This document shows positions 1-11,481 of a stretch of 18,864 nucleotides of DNA, piece by piece; position 1 is the stretch's first letter, and each line of letters opens with the position of its first letter. The notes under the pieces were generated by a model, which saw only the letters and a list, made by a program, of their open reading frames with translations, made no database searches and was not told where the DNA came from. Made by a program: the position numbers and the translations under genes. Source of the DNA: Paraphysomonas bandaiensis (taxonomy: Eukaryota; Protista; Chrysophyceae); NCBI GenBank assembly GCA_965644295.1, contig CBFFRP010000486.1, positions 1-18,864 on the forward strand, in the 5' to 3' direction.

Positions 1-289
1 ATGAGCATTTCTCAATATACTATTCATAGACGAACACTAAGCAAGCACGGTCACAAACACGGGTACTGGGTGGTGTAGTACAGTACCGTATATAGAATAC
101 ACGATCCTTCGAATGAGCATCGTGTGCCTCAAGTTCCGGAATCTGAAGTTGGAGGAAAGAATTCGTTTTCATTACTTTATAAGTTATAATTTCAGTGTCA
201 AATATTCTGTTTAAAATTGATAGTTTCCCAACCAGACAATTATACCAATATTGTACGATAGTTTCAATGAGTACACCGCGTTAATCTCA

Positions 290-1395
290 TCATAGAGAAG
301 AAATAAAAGATAAGATGTCATCAAGGGTTGCACGGTAAACATCTGGCATTGCTTTGATGAACATGAGATCACCTCCATGGATAGTTCCGCAGACAACTCT
401 AGCGCGAGCACGAACACCTGCATGGAGTAGCTTACGGTAGAAAACAAGACCCTCATCTCTAAGAGGATCAAGTTCATTAACAGAAATGACAACGGGAGGA
501 AGTCCAGTCAAATCTTCAGAAGAAGCCCAAAAAGGCCAAGCGAGAGGATTTTCGCGGGGATTTGTACCACTCGGTAGATATATTCCCGATAAGTGGAACA
601 TCTCACCCTCAGTCAGTAATATTCCATTATTTTCTGTTAGTGAAGGAAGTGAAGCTTCTTCCGGTGCTCCATTGCCGTAAAGGCCATAGATATAGGGGCA
701 CATTGAATAGATACCATCGACCTGCGCCCCCTTTCCATCCTTATATGATTTCATTCCAACTGCTAACGATAAATTTCCTCCACCAGATTCACCTGCCACC
801 ACGACTTTTGATATTCCGCGCTCAGCTTTGTGATCATGCACCCATTGAAGACCAACCATGCAGTCATTGAGTCCGGCAGGATATTGATGCGGCCCTAACT
901 TTCCAGCGGCGTTCCGAAACTCGACACCAACAACAATTACGCCCAATGCTGCAAGGTTGTTGCGAAAGGCCACATATAAAGAATCTGTCGCAGTCAAAAT
1001 CGACATACCACCTCCATGAGTATGATATACGCATGGTAGTGGTCCCTCTTTATTCGCTGGTGTAGATATGTACAAGGTAATATCGTTTCCGTCTTCACCT
1101 TTCACAGTCACAGTTTCAGTAACGACTTGCGGAACTTGTGTAAACTCTGCACAAATGGACTCCTGACAACATATGAGACTACACAATCGAAACATATCTC
1201 ACTTACAAATGCCTTCTGGTATCCAGCTTCCGCAGCATTGAAATAAGCAATTCGTTCCTCATACGTTGCAGCTCTGTCAAGTGGGCATGGAGGAGTTGTT
1301 CCAGCCAAACCCAACCCTTTCATTGCATTAACCATTCGGAAATCACCACGCTCAGCGAGGCGATGATCAACAACAACTTCGGCAGGAGTTTCCAT
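290..1395 (-). CDS. Alpha/beta hydrolase, hormone-sensitive lipase (HSL)-like esterase; 2 exons (1395-1207, 1162-290), ~353 aa
   Basis: HGGG oxyanion motif, GESGG nucleophile elbow, ELDPLRDE acid motif, and HG near the C-terminus. ORFs 1108-1431 and 290-1195 join in frame via a 44-nt GTAAGT...TGTCAG intron (1206-1163). Start ATG at 1395 is inferred. Confidence 0.9.
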
Positions 1396-1805
1396 TTTCT
1401 CACGGTACGCTTTAGGGAAGATAGATGTCACGGGGTAGGGCCTATGAACAGCAGCAGTATATGATGTGAAGGCTGTGGTGTACTTTATGGGGATAGTAGC
1501 TCTTCAAGTCAAAAAGATACCATCGATTTCCAGATCCTTTGGACGGTGCGGTGTACCTATAGGCTACATCTATACAGCAGTGTATACAATGTATACAGTG
1601 GCTGGATATTCGTGTGAGATTATCTTGAAGGGACTCTGTTCAAGGGCGTATTCCGGTATTCTTGTACTCCATGTACTGCTGTACGTACATAATAACTAGG
1701 AAAATAGCCGTTGATCAGAATACGTGGTATACAGTGTGTTGGCATGTGTTCTGCTGTGAGTCTCTCTGTGCGTATGATGTATGTGTATATGACTGTTTGT
1801 GCCAC

Positions 1806-4593
1806 ATGACTGCTGCACAGGACAGTCAGGACAGGACAGCGCTGGTAAACGAGAGGGGCATTAATTCACCACTTATCCAAACTTGTAATGATGGCAACCA
1901 AAGGCAGCATAAAGCTCATGTCCCAAACCACAGATAGCGGTCAACAATGAGGTCAAGCGAGAAGTTTTCGACAAAATCGGAAGAAAAAAATGCAATTTGG
2001 TGTCAATATTTGGAGCGGCGAGGTGTGTGTTTATCTCTAGTGGTGATTCATACTTTAATTATTGCATATGAAGGCAAGGGAAGAGTTTTCTGATGAACTG
2101 TCTGGCGGACAGGTCAGGACTGTTCACGATATCGAATCGGTCTGTTCCATGCACACAAGGAATTGATATCTCTCGACATACTGTATCTCTCAAGGCATTT
2201 TCTGAAATGGATGGCGGGAGACCTGTTGCGGGGAACGTTGATGTTGGATTCGTGGATGCAGAGGGACAAGGAGATCGCGATGTTACCTACGATGCGGTAC
2301 TGTGATTGTGTGGTAAATTATTGCGTGATACTGAATCACCTTGGCATCATGCACAAAGCAGCTATTAATGTTGCGACAGAAGGCGATCTAGACAATGCAC
2401 ACGGCGAAATTTTTGGAAATCTACATATAGTCTTCCGTGACTGGCGGTTTGAGGGCGATGAGAATTCCGTTCTAAATGACATTTTTCGTGAGGAACGTGG
2501 CGTAGACACTGCGTCAGCTGTACGGAACCAGATCCGTCGCTCTGTGCGGTCCAGTTTCAAGTCAGTGAACGTGTGGCTTCTGCCTCCGCCCACCAAGGAC
2601 ACGCAGTCGCTGCGGACTGAGCTTACAGTGCAGGGTACATCCCCTGCTTTCAGAGAAAAGTTGCGCGAGCTTAGAGGGACCCTGGTATGAATTTGACGTG
2701 TTCTAAAGCGTTGTTTTGACCTGTTTGCAGGCTAAACAAATGCAGGAGCCCACCTCATTCAATGGTAGACCGCTCAATGGTTACAACATGGCTTCTCTGG
2801 TAGAGACGGTTGTAGGGGTTCTCAACGCCGGAAAAACTATTAGTCCGCTTCCGGCGTGGGTGTCTATGTCATCGGCCGAGGCGACGAAAATACAACGCAA
2901 ATGGCAGGGGTATGTTAGGGAGAATCTAAATGCAGAGGAACAACACATCAAGGAAGCTGCCTCAAAATGTGATTCATATTCTGCTCAATTTATTACTGCT
3001 GCAGAATTACAGCTCCGGGCCAACGAGATCGTGGAGGAAGCCTGCAAACAATATATTGCTGAAGTAGGAGAGACAGTGGGGGATCTTGAAGGAGATCTGG
3101 AGGATGAAATACTGACTCCCCCACTACGAGAGTTGGAGAGGACTTCGAGCGATGCGTTGGCTGGGCATATTCGGTTTTATAAAGAAGTACTTTATGAGTG
3201 GTTACGTTGCCTGGTAAAAGTGACAATGGCTGACATTCAGTCGTGCATGGCTGCTACTGCTCATGAAATTCTACCAGTCGATGATATTACGGAGCTTGAC
3301 CTCGCCATGAGTAATATTTGTAGTCACATTGAGAAAGGAAGCACTTTGCTGCGGGCTGGAGAGCTTTATGGCGTAGGCATGGAGGAGTTACAGGAGTATC
3401 AGTCGCAGTTGGATGCCTGTGCAGAGATGCAGATAAGAATATATCGGGATGAAAATGGAAAACTTGTTGAGAAAGTAAGGCAGGATGTGTCGAGGCTTCT
3501 TGAAGGGAAAATCAAAAACATTCGGGGTGGGGCAGAGAAGTTATTAAAAGATTTTGAAGAGGAAGTGAAGCGAAACCATGTTCCTCTTTGTAACTTGACT
3601 CGACAGCTAGACGAAAGGTTCCATATAGAGAAAGACAGTCTAGAAGTGGATATACGAAACACTATCAAATGTGATTTAGATACCTCTTCACGATTAACAC
3701 GTGCAGTATCGCAGCTAGAAGAAGAGAACCAAAAGCTCAGGGTGTCCCTCAAAAATTCCCATTCAACGGTAGCGATTGCACAACTGCAGAAATTGTCAGG
3801 GAAGTTGACAACAGAGTTGTGTTCAACATCTCTTTCGCTTCTGGATAACGGCCCCGTTGATGATTGTGCAGAATTACAGCAAAAGTTTGGGTATATGGTA
3901 GATGAGTTAAAGGCCATTTTATTAGAGGAGGGTGAAAAGTGGGGTATTGATATGGACGGTAACTTCGAGGAGATGGTAATAAAGCACATATCGGAGGGAA
4001 GTAAAGGAGCATACAACGCGCTTTTGACTTGCAATAAAAAGTTGCTTGCAACAACACGACAGGCGAATCAAAACAAGGAATCCCCTTCGAAAAGCAGAAA
4101 GAGAAGTATAAATACTGATTTGAATGAAGCAAGCAGAGAGGAAATACCTGTGTCTTCTAACAGAAACATCAATGTTTCGAGTTTGCATGACGAAACCGTC
4201 GATACAGGAATGGAAGATCGTAATCCTGCCAAAAAGGCGCGGAGAATGACTACAAAACTAGATAAACCCATTACCATCTCTATGTTAGAGGGCCCTACTG
4301 CCATGGATATTGACGAGGATACTTCTTTAAATAATGTCGACCGTGCAACGAGGATAGAGAGAGAGAGACAACGGGCCAAGGAATGGGGTAAAAACTTGTT
4401 GCAGGGTAAAAACGCTACAAAGGGGGGCGCCAATAAAAAACCCGTTGACACGGTTATTTCAGAACCAAATGCCAGTAGTCTAGATGCTGTAAAGAGAGCT
4501 GCTAGGCAGAATATTAGCGCCCGGGGCGAAGAAAGGTCACGGAAGCTAGGGAGAAATTCGTCTGTCGGGAAGAAAAGTAATGTGAAAGAATAA
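1806..4593 (+). CDS. Guanylate-binding protein/atlastin-like large GTPase with long helical and low-complexity C-terminus; multi-exon, possibly disrupted near 2297-2330
   Basis: The spliced P-loop reads VSIFGAARQGKS (intron 2023-2073). Also PCTQGI (G2), FVDAEGQGD (G3), LHIVFRDW (G4), and intron 2685-2730 leading into NGRPLNG...VLNAG and a helical region. The first exon (1806-1844, intron 1845-1933) is tentative. Confidence 0.8.
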
Positions 4594-5071
4594 GTGTGAA
4601 GTCAATGGGTGTTATTCATTAATACTAACTTGAAACCATACAGCACGTTCATCTAATTTTGCTATGACATTCATGTAACAAGATTTATAACATAGATGAA
4701 TGACTTTGTTGGACTACACCCAACTGCTCAATAGCATGGTATTTTTTTGTAGGTAGGAATAAATTGTTTTAGGGAAACTGCAACGCAGAATACCTAGTCA
4801 ACAGCAGAAGTGAATATGTTAGGGATGTAGGACTATACTTATTTTTAGCCATCTTGGGCATACATTTCCCATAAATAAATTCATACAGGATTAATGTTGC
4901 AAAACAAATAAATTACTAACTAGACAAAGTCTGATATCCTAGTATTTAACGCTACGAAAGCTGCTTATGCGTCGCCACAAGCTCCAAGGTACAACCACTT
5001 TCACTCTATCACTCAAAGCAAATGCAGTGAGAAAGCAGAATGTTGATATACCTGAAACTTTCTGACTTCAG

Positions 5072-5316
5072 GATTTTTGAGTCCTTAAGGTGGATGCCTG
5101 TTTATTCGTCAAGGAGTTCCGCCATTCTCAAGAAACTTTCCAGCAGAGTCTGGAGTACCTCACTTCGACAGGTTGAACGCTTCTGGACAGGAACCATCAC
5201 CGAGGCTCAAATGGAAAGCATTTTTGGAACACAACACAATTGCATCCTCAATTCGCGTGGACTACGTGCCATTGATAACCCTAACCTAAAGAAAGTCAAA
5301 AGCGTCGCACTTCAAA
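5072..5316 (+). other. Possible isolated exon of an unidentified host gene
   Basis: Open frame bounded by a TTCAG acceptor (5071) and a GTAAGT donor (5317). No recognisable motif. Confidence 0.25.
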
Positions 5317-5340
5317 GTAAGTCAATTTTGATCTCATATA

Positions 5341-5423
5341 TACATACATACATACATACATACATACATACATACATACATACATACATACATACATACA
5401 TACATACATACATACATACATAC

Positions 5424-5454
<31 letters not shown>
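5341..5454. repeat. (TACA)n microsatellite, ~28 units
   Basis: Direct reading; one variant unit near 5425. Confidence 0.97.
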
Positions 5455-5456
<2 letters not shown>

Positions 5457-6660
5457 ACTTACTTACGTTGAAGTGTACAATGGTACTCTGTATATATACT
5501 AATTATGTAGAGAGTGATCTTTTTTTACCTTCTTATATAATATACACATAAGTGAAAGACAGATATACATAATAATAGAGAGAGATCGTAATATATATAT
5601 TATATGACAAACATAATATATTATAAGGATTGCATGATAAAGGTATGTTTATATACTGAAGTCGATATAACCTTGTTGATTGCATGATAAATGTTGATTC
5701 AATGTTTGAAGTTCTCACTCTTGTGCACACTGTATATGTCGCCAGCACTCGTTATCCATGGAAGTTATCTTTCTACGATCAAGTTTTAACCGCTGTTTGA
5801 TCGTTTTGAGTAATCCTACGTCAGTCAGAGTTCCTTTAATTGCCAGTAATATGGGATGGTATAATCCATCAATTCATCAAAGCGGGATATTCATTACTCG
5901 CACTTAAAACACTGAATGATGTGCTGGCGCATATGGGTTCAATTGCTGTCGTCATTCAAGTACTGAGGATCACATACACATCATATACACCCCTCATATG
6001 ATGCTCTCACCTCCCCCCACAATAATAACACATGAGATCAGTGTATGTTCATATATGTGACCATCCATACGCATAATATCTCACAACCCTATTAGGCTTA
6101 ACAAGAGGGAAGAGAGAGCAGATGAATCATATCCATCAGATGAGAATCACAGAGATGAGCACACAACAAGAGAAAGGAGGGACGAGACTCTTCTCTGAGC
6201 CCTCAGGGAACAGCAGTCAGAGTAATTTATTCAATCTGGAGAAAGTAAACAATATAATAATATTATGCCAACGTGGAAAAAAAATCCCACGTTTTTGACG
6301 TGCATTCCTTGTTAAAACTAGCTAGTTACTAGTTGAGTGCTAATAAATAGTTCTCTGCATTCAGTATAAAAATGGGCTCAACTAATAACCGTTTGATTGT
6401 TATGTATACGTGAATGAGCATTGTATAAACATAACACCACACATAATTATTAAAGAGAAGAGCAACAAAAACATACTCTAAGGGGCCGAAAAAGGCTCTG
6501 TGCAGTCAGCATATCTATTCAGACTGTTTCGACGGCCTCTGTTCACGTCAGCACAGAGAGCAACACACACACAGCTGAAACGACTGCAAATGAGATCTGT
6601 CATCGAATATCTGTCTATTCATGTATTTGGCAGCCCTCCAAAGTTTGTATTTGGTGTGAG

Positions 6661-7488
6661 TGTAACGCCGAGGCGTCAAACTAATCACATACCACAAGAC
6701 TAGTGAGGTTAATATGCTACAAGGGGAGCTCTAGTGGATTGTGTGTGTATGTACAGCCTGCATCTTATCTTCGGATGAAGACTCACTTCACTCTCGGATT
6801 ACAAGTGCCGCTGTTTTTGCTGTATGAGCAATAGAGATATCTGATTGGTGTACTCGGGTTATACTGTTTTGTATACTGTATGAAATACAGGCTGTATTGT
6901 CTATATGTATATGCTGTATAACGGTTATGGAATACGGACTGTACTTGGTGGTGATGTATTTGCAGAGTGTGTCATGTGACACGAGGTACATAAGTACGCA
7001 ATGATGCAGTTATAGGTACATGTAGGGACTATTACTATACAGCTGCTGTATTATGTATTACTGCTGAACGCTGATTGGCTAGTCACTGCATTTTTGGTCT
7101 GTGGCTGTTGAGTTGGTTTAAGGCTCTTCCTATAGGCCTCTACGTGAATCTTCCAGAAGGTGGATATCTCCACAAAATTGGCGAAATGTTGCTGAATTTT
7201 CTGCAGAATATTGTTCTTTGTTCTCTGCTGTGTTTCTAGACAGTTCATAGAATGTAAATGGTTCTGTATGAGTTGTTTGTGTTCTATGTGCTGTCATTAT
7301 TATGTTACTAGCCTTGCTGATAACACGTTTGAGGAGGTGTCTTCAGATAAGTGCTTGGGGGTGCTCAGGCAGTTGCAGGGCAAAGTAATAAGCATTTTTA
7401 TCTCTATATTTGCTATTTACTTGTTACATTGGTACATTCATTTCACATACATAGCTGCACCCGGTGTCATACCCCGGGTTTGGTTACA
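6661..7488 (+). repeat. Candidate 5' LTR (~828 bp)
   Basis: Starts TGTAAC and ends GTTACA (6-bp inverted termini, TG...CA), lacks a convincing coding region, and ends ~105 nt before the gag ATG. No second copy is present to confirm it. Confidence 0.6.
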
Positions 7489-7593
7489 GTAAATTTACTT
7501 CCGAAAGCAGCGAACGAATCTGCAGATTTGGAATTGATATAAAAAGATATATATATAATATTTATTATTACACAATACTGAGGATTCGTTAAC

Positions 7594-9189
7594 ATGGAAC
7601 ACAATAATCTTCAGGAAATGCTGCAATCTTTTATGCAACAGCAACAACAAATGATACAGCAGACGTTGCATCAGAATGCACAAGTGGCAAGACAAGAGAT
7701 GCAGAAGAACAATCAAGAGTTGCGGCAAGAAATTCAAAAAATAAACCAAGGATTGCTGGGAAGGTTCGAGCAAGTTGACCAACGAGTGGATGCTTTGATA
7801 GAGGAGAAGCAAAAGAGCGATCAGAAAGTGGAGACTGTGCTGGAAGATATCAATGCCAGACTGGAAACTATGGAAGCTAGAACAGCCATCCTGGAAGGAG
7901 AGAAAGAATTAACTGATCAGCAGGACAGGGCAATTACCCACCCGAGCGCATCTAGAGAACGCAAAACTATTTTCATGAAAGAGGTTGAAGAGACTACACA
8001 TCTGGCGGAGAGAAGGCAAGTAGTTGTGCAAATGCCTACTCCCTCTCATTCGCACATATTCCTAAATTCAATGGACCTGGCGGACTATGCTCAGTTTGTG
8101 ACCAAGTGGTTTGACTGGCAGGTCAAGTATGGGGTGAGACTAGAGCCGGCCCTCATCGTTTCCCAAAGCATTCGAAATCTACTAATTTTCAACAATGATA
8201 TGACGGAATCTCAGTTTCAAGAACTCTCACCTGAACAATTTTGCAAGCTGATGGCTAAAGAAACTCAAGTACTGTCCAAGCTCGAGTTTTCCAACACGTT
8301 AAGGCATGCCCTAAGAGACATCAAAAGGTTAAACTGGGAAAGAGTTAGACCGAATACTCACGAGAGGTTCTTCCAAGGCATTCTGAGGCGTAGAGACATA
8401 TACTTAAGGACCTTCAGGATCATTATGGAGAACAATAGCCAGTATTGCCCAGACCTGGAGGGCAAAGACTTCGGTTTAGCACAGATATTCCTAAATTTGA
8501 TTGATGATACATACAACAAGACTGTCTTGGCCGAAATACCCAAGGTCAAGGCAGGCAACTACTCCAAGGTTGAAGAGTTCCTGGAAGCTTATGTTAAGAA
8601 GGCTAAGGAGCACTATGACACGTCAAAGCGTATCAGACTGGTGCCATACAGTGGTGAGGACTATAGTATGAAAAGTCATGACATGCGCAAGAACAAGCCT
8701 TACTCTTCACAGGAAGACAAGCAGAAAGGACACGAGACAAAAACTCACCCGATGACCAGTGGGGAAGCTAAGCCTTTGCACCAGATAAATGACTTCAGTG
8801 ACGATGAAGATCAGGAGCCACGGGAATCCAGAAATGCAGAACCAGACTCAGATGACGACTCTGACTATGAGGAAGATCCAAAGAGCACTGCAGAAGGTCA
8901 TGACACGAATCAGCGCTACGAGGACAAAGTGGACCACCAGACGGCGAGAGATCAGGACACAGACTACAGAAGGCTACAAGCCATAGAGGCATCTGCTACT
9001 GGGTTGGGATGTGTCAATTTCGCCTTGTATGGGAAGTGCTTTCGAGGAGACCAGTGCAAATATGCCGGGAGTCACAATGAGAAGTGTGCAAAGGACTGCA
9101 GACAGTGGATGATGAAGAAGTTGGCGACGATGGAACGAGATGGTCCGGGACCTCCTAAGATAATGAAGCGTGATCCAACGAAATCTTGA
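7594..9189 (+). CDS. gag: Gag-like protein (531 aa): N-terminal coiled coil, acidic linker, C-terminal CCCH-type zinc finger
   Basis: Lies between the LTR and pol. Q/E-rich heptad N-terminus; C-x8-C-x5-C-x5-H at 9010-9075. Confidence 0.75.
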   Translation: MEHNNLQEMLQSFMQQQQQMIQQTLHQNAQVARQEMQKNNQELRQEIQKINQGLLGRFEQVDQRVDALIEEKQKSDQKVETVLEDINARLETMEARTAILEGEKELTDQQDRAITHPSASRERKTIFMKEVEETTHLAERRQVVVQMPTPSHSHIFLNSMDLADYAQFVTKWFDWQVKYGVRLEPALIVSQSIRNLLIFNNDMTESQFQELSPEQFCKLMAKETQVLSKLEFSNTLRHALRDIKRLNWERVRPNTHERFFQGILRRRDIYLRTFRIIMENNSQYCPDLEGKDFGLAQIFLNLIDDTYNKTVLAEIPKVKAGNYSKVEEFLEAYVKKAKEHYDTSKRIRLVPYSGEDYSMKSHDMRKNKPYSSQEDKQKGHETKTHPMTSGEAKPLHQINDFSDDEDQEPRESRNAEPDSDDDSDYEEDPKSTAEGHDTNQRYEDKVDHQTARDQDTDYRRLQAIEASATGLGCVNFALYGKCFRGDQCKYAGSHNEKCAKDCRQWMMKKLATMERDGPGPPKIMKRDPTKS

Positions 9190-9273
9190 CTACTGCAGGG
9201 TCTTTCTGGGCCCCCTGTTGTCAGTGAAACAATAAGCTCACACAGCAGGAAGGCTTGCAGAAAGGCCCTGGAG
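9187..9273 (+). promoter_or_regulatory. Putative stop-codon readthrough signal (UGA-CUA plus downstream stem-loop)
   Basis: TGA CTA at 9187-9192. 9196-9208 pairs with 9258-9270 (13 bp, one G:U) and 9214-9221 pairs with 9242-9249. Confidence 0.75.
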
Positions 9274-11481
9274 CGAAGTTTCCTGCAGGCATGCGGCATA
9301 GGCAGGAGACTATGGACTGCCGCACACACTAAAGCGAGGATTGAAGTAGTAGATAGAAAGAATATGGAAATAAGAAGAGACGTAGAGACATCAGTACTGT
9401 TCGACACGGGAGCCCTCTGTTCGAACTACATCAGCATAAGGAAGTTTAGAGATATCGAGAAACACATGCATACTAAGGACATAATACACAAGAGAACAAA
9501 AGTCGGATTAGCAGACAATAAGACAGTGGCATGGAGTGACATCATGGTGAGACTTACCTTGAAGTTCGAGGATCGTTCACTGAGCGCGGTTTCATGCAAA
9601 TACTCTGGAGAATTTATTGTGTTGGACATGAAAGATAATGAGATCATAATTGGGTTACCTGCGATACTAGGGGACTTGTGGGACTTCTTTTGCTACAGTC
9701 TAAAAGGAAATGCAGAAAGAAAGATTAGAATGAGCGTGGCAGATGCGGAGGAGGAGATGTTGCAGTTCTTGGCATCCATGGACAACATCGTGCATCCCTG
9801 GTCAAATAGTATGGAGGGAGAGCCACCGGAAGAAGAAATGTCTCCGTTGCCAGTGCAGTTTGGTGAGGTGATCAAGTTTTTGGGAAAAAGCAGAGAAGAA
9901 GCCATTCAGGAATTCAAAGATTTGATGCCCGAGCATATAGCTGAAGATTTTGACAAAGCAACACCTGTTCGAGAACTGTTACTAAATGAAGGTTTGAAGG
10001 TTTTTGTACCAGAGACATGGACTGGTATCAGAGGTGTTGAACCATTAAAACTCACCTTCAAAGACACTTTACCTCAGCGACTCAAGCCTAAAGCCAGACC
10101 CATAAACCCAAGACTCTGGGAGGCAGCAGAAAAGGAATTTTTGAGACTGCGTGGATACATGTACGAGAAGAGTAGGTCACCATGGGCGTCTTGCTTGGTT
10201 GTTGCTCCCAAGGCTACGAAGCCATTCATCAGGTTCTGTGGTGATTACGTAGAGATCAACAAGCATATTCACATTGGTAACTACACTATACCTAATATCA
10301 GGCACCAGTTGGATCGTATCATGGGGTACAAGGTATTTTTAGACATAGATCTCACAAATGCCTTCCACCAAATCCCATTACATGAAGAGACGGCGGAGAA
10401 GCTATCCATTCAAACTCCTTGGGGTCAATATCAACCACGATTCATGCCTGAGGGAATAGGTCCTGCTACTGGCGTTTTACAAGAGACTGTCAATGCATTG
10501 TTTTCAGACTTACCCTGGGCCATAGTGATTTTCGACAACATTTTGCTTCTGGCAATGGATTACCAAGAGGCATACGAGAGACTGAAAATCTTCATCGAGA
10601 GATGCATACAACACAATGTTATTCTCAAGTTTGCAAAGAGCTGGCTAGGGTTTGGAGAAGTCAAGTTCTTTGGCTACAGATGTAAGCACCAGAGCTTTGA
10701 GTTGACAGAGGATAGAAAGGCTGCATTACTTGAGATACCTTTTCCAGAATCCGGGAACAGATCCAAGAAAATCAGATCATTATTAGGATGTGGAGTTTTC
10801 TTTGCACCTTTTGTGAAAAATTACAGTGAGAAGGTTAGACATTTGACAGATCTTACGAAACCTGAATTCGACTGGTCAGATGAGTCAAAGTGGGAGCACG
10901 ACTATAGACAGGAATTCGAAGATTTTAAGAAGGATTTGCAAGAGGCATGTGCACTTCATTACCCAGATTACGAGCTGCCATGGGTGATAAGAACTGATGC
11001 GAGTGAGATAGGTGTTGGCGGAGTCCTCATTCAAATCAAGACACATGCAGACGGTTCAAAGGAGGAGCAAATTATAGCGCTGATCTCCAAAAGATTCTCT
11101 AAGCAAGCACAGAAGTGGGATACTATTGAGCAGGAGGGATTTGCAATCTACTATGTGGTCAAGAGACTGGCGTATTATCTAATCGGGAAGGAGTTTTTGT
11201 TGGAGACGGATCATAATAACCTGAGATGGATAGAAGCGTCAGAAGTACCCAAGATTATACGATGGAGAATTTACCTGCAGTCATTTGTGTTTAAGGTGAG
11301 ACATATCCCTGGAAAAGAAAATGTACTGGCCGATACACTCTCCAGACTCCATCTATGTGTTGCTGAAGAGGACGAGCATGAAGATTGTCATACAGCGGAA
11401 GGGCTATGCCACCTGTGTAATGAAGATGACGAATTTGAGGAGGAAAAGTTGGAATATGAACAGCGCATGAGTACCTTATGA
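9190..11481 (+). CDS. pol: Pol polyprotein: aspartic protease, reverse transcriptase, RNase H; in frame with gag after a single TGA; no integrase
   Basis: Protease LFDTGA. RT: SPWAS, RFCGDY, LDIDLTNAFHQI, MPEG, IVIFDNILL, VKFFG. RNase H: TDAS, EQEGFAI, ETDHNNL, NVLADTLSR. The frame is open from 9190, 58 codons upstream of the ATG at 9364. Confidence 0.93.
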   Translation, partial: LLQGLSGPPVVSETISSHSRKACRKALERSFLQACGIGRRLWTAAHTKARIEVVDRKNMEIRRDVETSVLFDTGALCSNYISIRKFRDIEKHMHTKDIIHKRTKVGLADNKTVAWSDIMVRLTLKFEDRSLSAVSCKYSGEFIVLDMKDNEIIIGLPAILGDLWDFFCYSLKGNAERKIRMSVADAEEEMLQFLASMDNIVHPWSNSMEGEPPEEEMSPLPVQFGEVIKFLGKSREEAIQEFKDLMPEHIAEDFDKATPVRELLLNEGLKVFVPETWTGIRGVEPLKLTFKDTLPQRLKPKARPINPRLWEAAEKEFLRLRGYMYEKSRSPWASCLVVAPKATKPFIRFCGDYVEINKHIHIGNYTIPNIRHQLDRIMGYKVFLDIDLTNAFHQIPLHEETAEKLSIQTPWGQYQPRFMPEGIGPATGVLQETVNALFSDLPWAIVIFDNILLLAMDYQEAYERLKIFIERCIQHNVILKFAKSWLGFGEVKFFGYRCKHQSFELTEDRKAALLEIPFPESGNRSKKIRSLLGCGVFFAPFVKNYSEKVRHLTDLTKPEFDWSDESKWEHDYRQEFEDFKKDLQEACALHYPDYELPWVIRTDASEIGVGGVLIQIKTHADGSKEEQIIALISKRFSKQAQKWDTIEQEGFAIYYVVKRLAYYLIGKEFLLETDHNNLRWIEASEVPKIIRWRIYLQSFVFKVRHIPGKENVLADTLSRLHLCVAEEDEHEDCHTAEGLCHLCNEDDEFEEEKLEYEQRMSTL

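Larger units (their letters stand above)
6661..11481 (+). mobile_element. Ty3/Gypsy-like LTR retrotransposon, 5' part (LTR-gag-PR-RT-RH); integrase and 3' LTR not in window
   Basis: Domain order PR-RT-RNaseH, Gypsy-type RT/RH motifs, upstream gag-like ORF and candidate LTR. Confidence 0.9.

Noticed and set aside
1806-4593. Functional link between the GBP-like GTPase and the nearby endogenous virus
   Set aside because: Proximity is the only evidence, and they are ~7 kb apart with a retrotransposon between them.
5040-5471. 143-aa ORF with IHTY repeats
   Set aside because: The C-terminus is simply the translated (TACA)n microsatellite beyond a likely splice donor.
5964-6205. Possible solo LTR (TGAGG...CCTCA)
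   Set aside because: There is no target-site duplication (AGTAC vs GGGAA) and no second copy.
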